Assembly: GCA_020184695.1 (NCBI GenBank)
Contig: JAANOX010000259.1
Location: forward strand, 1 to 64,000
Length of the DNA stretch: 64,000 bases
Direction of reading: 5' to 3'
Origin: Histomonas meleagridis 2922-C6/04-290x
Lineage: Eukaryota > Protista > Parabasalia
Each line of letters starts with the position of its first letter. Positions within the stretch are counted from its first letter, which is position 1. A program made the position numbers and the translations under genes. Positions 58,515 through 64,000 of this stretch are shown here, one piece after another. Under the pieces are notes generated by a model, which worked only from the letters and a program-made list of their open reading frames with translations, did not search any database and was not told the DNA's origin.

Positions 58515-58804
58515 ACTTAGATATTTACACTGTTATTTTTTTTTAAAGTACTTTGATTATTCAAACTGATTTTACCAGTTCCCTTTGATGATGAATTTTC
58601 GTTGCTTCGTAATCATTTCCAATTTATAAATATTAAATTAAACAAATAATTATTATCAAAAAATATTACATTGAAGAAACAGTTTATTGTCATATAATTA
58701 ATGAACTTCAATATATAAAACTTGCCCTTTTGATGATTTTTTTTTTTTTTTGCAAAATATTATAACGTATTTCACCGGAAGGAACAAAAAAAGCTTTTCG
58801 CAAA

Positions 58805-60322
58805 ATGTCAACAGATATTCTTTTCCAAGAAACAAGAATCCGCAGTAGCTTAACACCACCAACTTCGCTTTTTGGTGTAAACGAAAAAAAATTAAGGAGT
58901 TCTTCCCAAGATTTACTTATTATCAATCAAAAACCAGAAACCACTGAAATAAAAAACAAAAAGAGTAACTCTTTTGAATTTTCGGATGACGTTCAATTTT
59001 TTATAAGAAAGCATCCTCAAATTCATCCTTACATCACTATTTATTCAAGTAAAAAAACAGCCAAACAAATACACGAAATAGACATGTCATATGCAAGCTC
59101 GCTTAGTATTTTTCCAAAAAAAGTTTGCACGTTGTTAGAACATGTTAAATCTTCAAGAGATCAAATAATTCAAAAAATAGGAAAAATCAAAATTTCACCA
59201 TATTCACCAATACAACTTCGTCACCAGATTTTTCTCAATTTCAAAATATCTCTAAAATTAAACAAGTTAATACAAAAAAATATTTTAAGGATTAAATCTA
59301 TTGCTTCCCAGTTATTAGACCTCATTTCTTTTCATATTTCATCAAACCCAACTTTTGAACTCTCTATTAATCTAGAACTTCTTGAAATTCAATTGAATGA
59401 ACAATATTTTACATCAACAGATCCATCCTATCTAAGACTGAAGAAGTGCTTAGATCAAGTCCAAAACAATTTTTACATTCCTTATTCCAAAGCTACTATC
59501 TCTGAAATCACAAAAATATGCTCATCATTATTTGATTCAAATAACACTTTTCTTGTAGAAAAAGGCGAAGCCGAATCATTGTTTTCCTCTCTACCATCAA
59601 GCACGGGCAAAAAAGAACTTCGATCACTCCATTCAATGATATCAGCATGTACTCAAATGCCGAATACTATTGGTTCATCCATTTTAAAGTCAACAAAATC
59701 ATTTGTTTCACAGAATCATATTCCTAATAATGCATTTCAATATTATTTTTTTCTTTTTGCAAGATATTATTTTAAGATTATGTTTGAGGATCAACTCTGT
59801 GATGAAATGTTTCACCTTAGAGTTGGTACATTCTCAAAAAAGGTTTCAGATTTGAGGAAAATGTCCGCCGCAAATTTTGGAATGGCAATTAAATTTTTAC
59901 CACCAATTCTGCAGTGGACTGTTTTGGACTCGTTTCCACAAGACAACCCCTATAAAGAGGCTGTGGAAATGTTTTCTATGCTTTCGTTTTGTTATTGTCC
60001 ATTGGAATTCTGTCAAATTTCAAGTAAAGCATTCAAAATGATACAAAACATTGCTTCAAACCTGTTATTCGAGAAGGAATCAAAAGAGACAGGAAAAGTT
60101 TTGGCAAAAAGCGATTATTTATTGTGCGTTGACGATTTGTGTGATATCTCTTCTGTTTTGTTCTTGGTTTCAGATCCTGTTGCAATTTATCAAGTATGGA
60201 GAGTGATACATCCTTATGTTTATGGCTTAGAATTGATACCTGAGTTTGAGTTTGCATTTACTAACTTAAGCGTGGTTATTAATTTCATTAGTTCAGATAA
60301 ATGTTTTGTAAATAAATGTTAA
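58805..60322 (+). CDS. Hypothetical protein, C-terminus weakly VPS9-like
   Basis: 505-aa open ORF; C-terminal PYKEAVEMF...CPLE...VDDL pattern. Confidence 0.5.
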   Translation: MSTDILFQETRIRSSLTPPTSLFGVNEKKLRSSSQDLLIINQKPETTEIKNKKSNSFEFSDDVQFFIRKHPQIHPYITIYSSKKTAKQIHEIDMSYASSLSIFPKKVCTLLEHVKSSRDQIIQKIGKIKISPYSPIQLRHQIFLNFKISLKLNKLIQKNILRIKSIASQLLDLISFHISSNPTFELSINLELLEIQLNEQYFTSTDPSYLRLKKCLDQVQNNFYIPYSKATISEITKICSSLFDSNNTFLVEKGEAESLFSSLPSSTGKKELRSLHSMISACTQMPNTIGSSILKSTKSFVSQNHIPNNAFQYYFFLFARYYFKIMFEDQLCDEMFHLRVGTFSKKVSDLRKMSAANFGMAIKFLPPILQWTVLDSFPQDNPYKEAVEMFSMLSFCYCPLEFCQISSKAFKMIQNIASNLLFEKESKETGKVLAKSDYLLCVDDLCDISSVLFLVSDPVAIYQVWRVIHPYVYGLELIPEFEFAFTNLSVVINFISSDKCFVNKC

Positions 60323-60651
60323 ATATTTTACGAATTCAATCACTTAAATTTTATATATTTATCATTTGTCTTATTTAGCCAAAATTAATATAATGAAGCG
60401 ATTATTGATTTTTAAGATTCACATTTATTTCTTTTTGCTTTCATATTTTTTCCACTTAATCCTTTTACAAATTTATCATTTATTTCTTGTTGTTTTGGCT
60501 TTTTTCCATGTTCCCATGAATTTCTTGTTATTTTATGATTTTTTCTCATATTTCTCATATCTTTCTAATCTTTCACATATCTCATTAGTTTTTAATATTT
60601 AATTTATTCTCATTTTAAAACATAATTTTCAAAAGGAACGATTTACCCTTA

Positions 60652-62076
60652 TTATGGCAACATGATTACTCTTGGCCTCTCCACTAGCACGATTTGCTGC
60701 TCTATGGACTGTTCGGTTGAGCTTTGGATGTACGGCGGGAGAATCTGTCTGAGCTTTGGCTGCCTCACGTCTTTGGTCAGCTCGAGGTAGTCCACGAACT
60801 CCCATGCTGAGCAGAAATCGACTTCATTTCCAAGTTTGTGAATACATCCAATCATCAGATAATTACCATCAACATTTTCGGGTACACTTGGCGAGCATAA
60901 GAGCTCGCGGCGATGTCCCGATGCATCTTTATCGCCCTTAATTTTAGCATAAATAAGCTCTCGGGGCTCCATTTTGTCAATTGACAAAAACGCACAGAAG
61001 TACTGGAAATGGCTAAAAACACGCCGCGGCTGAATTGTTATTTTTTGCCTTATTATTGAATAAATAATTTCAAGACCAAGAATCGGATTGTTGGTGTATA
61101 AAGATTTGCTTGTAGAAATGAAGAGTTGAGGCTTTCCATTACTGACAAAGTACAGATGGATGGGCCCTAGATAGTTTGTGACGATGGATATTTTCTCCGG
61201 ATAACCAATATGATATATCGAATGTGGCATAAAGTATTGGCGAATGTGGTATAAAGGGTTTTGAACAACATTGCCGATGAAGGAATTAACGTTCATTTGT
61301 GGATCTTGGTTAAGTTGTGTTTCAGTTTGAATACTAAATTTTAGTGAATCAAAAGAATAAGAAAGGCCAAGTGAAATTAGGCCCCCGGATATTTGCTGGA
61401 GTTGGATTTGACGCTGATCAATGATAAATGGTGGGTTCTTGGGATCAAGAACGAATTTTTCATCCTTAAAAGATAAGGGTGCCCCAATGAGAGAAAGATT
61501 TATTTGGTTATCCGAAATCGGTGATTCGGATGTGGGAGGTATAAGGGGATGGTATGTGACCTTGTGGATGTATCTGTAATTTAGACGATATACATTTTGA
61601 TATATTTGTTTCCAATCGTCAAATGTAGTAAGGCCACTTGCTTGGTGATTGCCACAAAAAATAATAGGCATTGTGGAAATTGCATAGAGAGCGCAGTTTA
61701 TGTTTGGTGTTTCACTCGTTTGGATTGGTTCGGCATTAAGATCAACACGAACTCGGAGAGAACCTGGATTTAGATCTAGGTCAATATCGATGTTTTGTGG
61801 TGTTTCACCTACTTTAAATATGCATGTTGAAATTTTTTCATCTTTCATGATGAGGTTGTGCTTCATCACATCAAATATTATTTCTTGAGACATAAAAAAA
61901 GGAACCAAAAATGGGCGTTCCATTTTTTCATCCCAAACTGGGTTTGCACTTTTGATGTATTTTGTTTTCCCAATGAAATAACAGAGATTAGAAGTTCTTG
62001 ACAAGACATTCACGTATACGCGAGAGTTCATAGCTGGATTATCAATGATACTGTGAACATAAACATGATGAAACAT
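60652..62076 (-). CDS. C2 domain-containing protein, probable distant paralog of the C2-TerD gene
   Basis: N-terminal C2 (GKTKYIKSANPVWD...PFLVPF...IIFDVM...DEKIS); C-terminus not recognisable. Confidence 0.65.
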   Translation of the reverse strand: MFHHVYVHSIIDNPAMNSRVYVNVLSRTSNLCYFIGKTKYIKSANPVWDEKMERPFLVPFFMSQEIIFDVMKHNLIMKDEKISTCIFKVGETPQNIDIDLDLNPGSLRVRVDLNAEPIQTSETPNINCALYAISTMPIIFCGNHQASGLTTFDDWKQIYQNVYRLNYRYIHKVTYHPLIPPTSESPISDNQINLSLIGAPLSFKDEKFVLDPKNPPFIIDQRQIQLQQISGGLISLGLSYSFDSLKFSIQTETQLNQDPQMNVNSFIGNVVQNPLYHIRQYFMPHSIYHIGYPEKISIVTNYLGPIHLYFVSNGKPQLFISTSKSLYTNNPILGLEIIYSIIRQKITIQPRRVFSHFQYFCAFLSIDKMEPRELIYAKIKGDKDASGHRRELLCSPSVPENVDGNYLMIGCIHKLGNEVDFCSAWEFVDYLELTKDVRQPKLRQILPPYIQSSTEQSIEQQIVLVERPRVIMLP

Positions 62077-62540
62077 TATAATGGTGAAAGAGCTTTCACA
62101 ATTTCTGATGTTTATTTTTGAATGAAGCAAATGTATACATTTTTGAATAGTTTATTTGATTTTGAAACTGAAATCTAATTGTACCGATCATTTTCAATAC
62201 AAAAAAATGAAAATATAAATATAAATATCTCTATTTAGAATTGGTTATGGAATAAAAAAAGAAATATATAATGAAATACATCATATGTTATTTAATTATG
62301 AATAAAATATATAAAATCCATAAGAAAATCAGAATAGGACCCGTTCTGTTTTTAGTGCTTTTAACCTGTTTTTCCTTATGCTACTGAATCCAAAAGATAA
62401 AATTTAAATTCCAGAAATCCACTAAAATTCCTCTAGTTGATAGGATGTGTTAATTTGAGAGTTATATATGACAGAGAAGAGCTCCATCATTTGTTTTGGA
62501 ATTGAATATAAACGATCTCAGTGACACTTTTTCTGGCCAA

Positions 62541-63425
62541 ATGGAGATACCAAGAATTACTGCACCATCATTCGATGAACTTTCATCAGCATGCAGTGAT
62601 ATATTTGGAGTTTTGCCTCAACCAGGAATTTCTTTCACATATATAAAACAAATTGTACCTAGCATTTCAACAAATGCTTCATTAACTCTTATTCCAAGAA
62701 AATTACCTATTGAAAATCAACCAGGAAATCCAGCAACAACAAGGTTAGGTGCAACTTACAACAACTATGGAGTTACCATATCAAGCAACTTGCTGACAAA
62801 AAATGGACTTAATTTTGATTCATTTTTGCTTAACAATAATGTTCACCTAACAGAAAGCACTGACGTCATGTTGAATTTTTCGAAATCTGAAAACACAAAC
62901 CTCACAATTTCTACGGAAACCCGCACACATTATATTAGTACGAAAAATTCGCTTAATTTGACGAACTTCAATCATTTTAGTTATATCTCCTCTTTATGTA
63001 GTTCTTATAATAATCTTGTTCTTGGCGGTATATCTTTATCTTTTAATCATATTAACCCATTAGAATCTCTTTTCTTCACACTAATAGGAATGGGGAACAT
63101 AGGCTTTATTCAAGGAAAGGTTGAATTTGGTAAATCTATTAAGCAACCTGATAAATCTTTATCTGCCCAACTTCAAATTTTGGTTTCGCAAAAACTTCGT
63201 TTTCAACTTCAACATGAAAGAATAAATGAAACAGCAAATACTGGTCTTGGATTCCAGTATAGTAATGGCTTCAACACAGCTAGCGCTGTGGTACAGAGCA
63301 ATGGAATTTTGTGTGCTTCATTTATGAAGAACGTTAAGCCAAACATAACGGTCAACGCATCACTTTCACTCACTATTAGTCCATTAACATGCTCACCTGG
63401 ATTGTCCATTTTGTTGAATCAATAA
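62541..63425 (+). CDS. Eukaryotic porin-family beta-barrel (Tom40/VDAC-like), probably hydrogenosomal outer membrane
   Basis: 294 aa; N-terminal APSFDELSSACSDIF helix, alternating amphipathic beta pattern, C-terminal beta-signal-like PGLSILLNQ. Confidence 0.7.
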   Translation: MEIPRITAPSFDELSSACSDIFGVLPQPGISFTYIKQIVPSISTNASLTLIPRKLPIENQPGNPATTRLGATYNNYGVTISSNLLTKNGLNFDSFLLNNNVHLTESTDVMLNFSKSENTNLTISTETRTHYISTKNSLNLTNFNHFSYISSLCSSYNNLVLGGISLSFNHINPLESLFFTLIGMGNIGFIQGKVEFGKSIKQPDKSLSAQLQILVSQKLRFQLQHERINETANTGLGFQYSNGFNTASAVVQSNGILCASFMKNVKPNITVNASLSLTISPLTCSPGLSILLNQ

Positions 63426-63699
63426 ACATTTTATTTGTTTTTGACAAGAAAATTTTTAGGTTCAATCGCAAATGCAAATTTGATTCAAATTTTGAGAAAC
63501 ATCTTTTTCATATAAAAAAAAAAAAACAATTAACCTTGTTCAAAGTACCATCATTCCTAAACTATTTGCATTATATATGGTTAATACCCCTTTTTAAACA
63601 AATTCTTATCATTCTTATTGACGGTTTGCAGGGCACCCTAAATGCGATAACATTCTATCGGCCTGATAAATTAATTCAAAGGATAAAAAGTGACAAAAC

Positions 63700-64000
63700 A
63701 TGATTCGCTTTTTCATTGTCTTCAATCGCCAGGGTTCTGTTCGTTTGGTCAAATGGTACACTCCATACTCTGAAGCTGAAAAGGAGAAGTTAAAGACAGA
63801 TCTCCATCGTTTAATTTGCAGAAGAACAGCAAATCTTACTAATGTTCTTGAATATAAGAATTACAAAATCATTTACCGTCCATACGCTGCCTTGTTCATG
63901 TGCATGTGCGTTGATGCTACCGATAATGAATTCGCTATTCTCGAAACAATCCATCTTTTTGTCGAAATCATGGATACATACTTCGGAAAAGTACGTGAAA
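63700..64000 (+). CDS. Adaptor complex small (sigma) subunit, AP-2 sigma-like; 3'-truncated by window edge
   Basis: Translated by hand: MIRFFIVFNRQGSVRLVKWY...NYKIIYRPYAALFMCMCVD...ETIHLFVEIMDTYFGKVRE. Not in the ORF track. Confidence 0.92.
   Translation, partial: MIRFFIVFNRQGSVRLVKWYTPYSEAEKEKLKTDLHRLICRRTANLTNVLEYKNYKIIYRPYAALFMCMCVDATDNEFAILETIHLFVEIMDTYFGKVRE

Noticed and set aside
4157-63703. Numerous 60-160-aa ORFs in the track that overlap real genes on the opposite strand or in another frame
   Set aside because: Shadow ORFs without motifs (e.g. 4157-4420, 13370-13852, 19406-19780, 22219-22617, 56830-57198, 63389-63703).
1-64000. tRNA or rRNA genes
   Set aside because: No cloverleaf or rRNA-like sequence was recognised by eye; a tRNAscan/Infernal run would be needed to exclude them.

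Overview
AT-rich nuclear DNA from a parabasalid (trichomonad) protist using the standard genetic code. The assignment rests on a long-form [FeFe]-hydrogenase with a hydrogenosomal-type presequence, a Tom40/VDAC-like barrel, BspA-like (LRR_5), M60-like peptidase and DUF3447-type/ankyrin families, and trichomonad-type core promoter motifs. Housekeeping genes (RPL7, RPL8, UAP56/Sub2, eIF4E, PTH2, AP sigma, two PH-AGC kinases, a ZIP transporter, a tetraspanin, Brr6-like, LRRC51-like) are interleaved with surface-protein genes, pseudogenes and mobile-element relics. The relics include a Maverick/Ginger-type integrase end, a (TAAC)n inverted-repeat element, a MULE, a mariner and a tyrosine-recombinase fragment. 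The main observation is that 17 AT-rich spacers (13 of them exactly 80 nt) interrupt ankyrin repeats of three DUF3447-type genes, always between the K-D and T-A-L codons. An 18th spacer (66 nt) sits at the same position in an unrelated ankyrin gene. The spacers carry stops and frameshifts, share a position-fixed GGAA motif, and mostly cannot be removed as GT-AG introns, while the flanking ankyrin coding units stay open. This suggests a non-canonical splicing or recoding system, but no expression data are available here. Several frameshifts fall in homopolymers and may be assembly errors.
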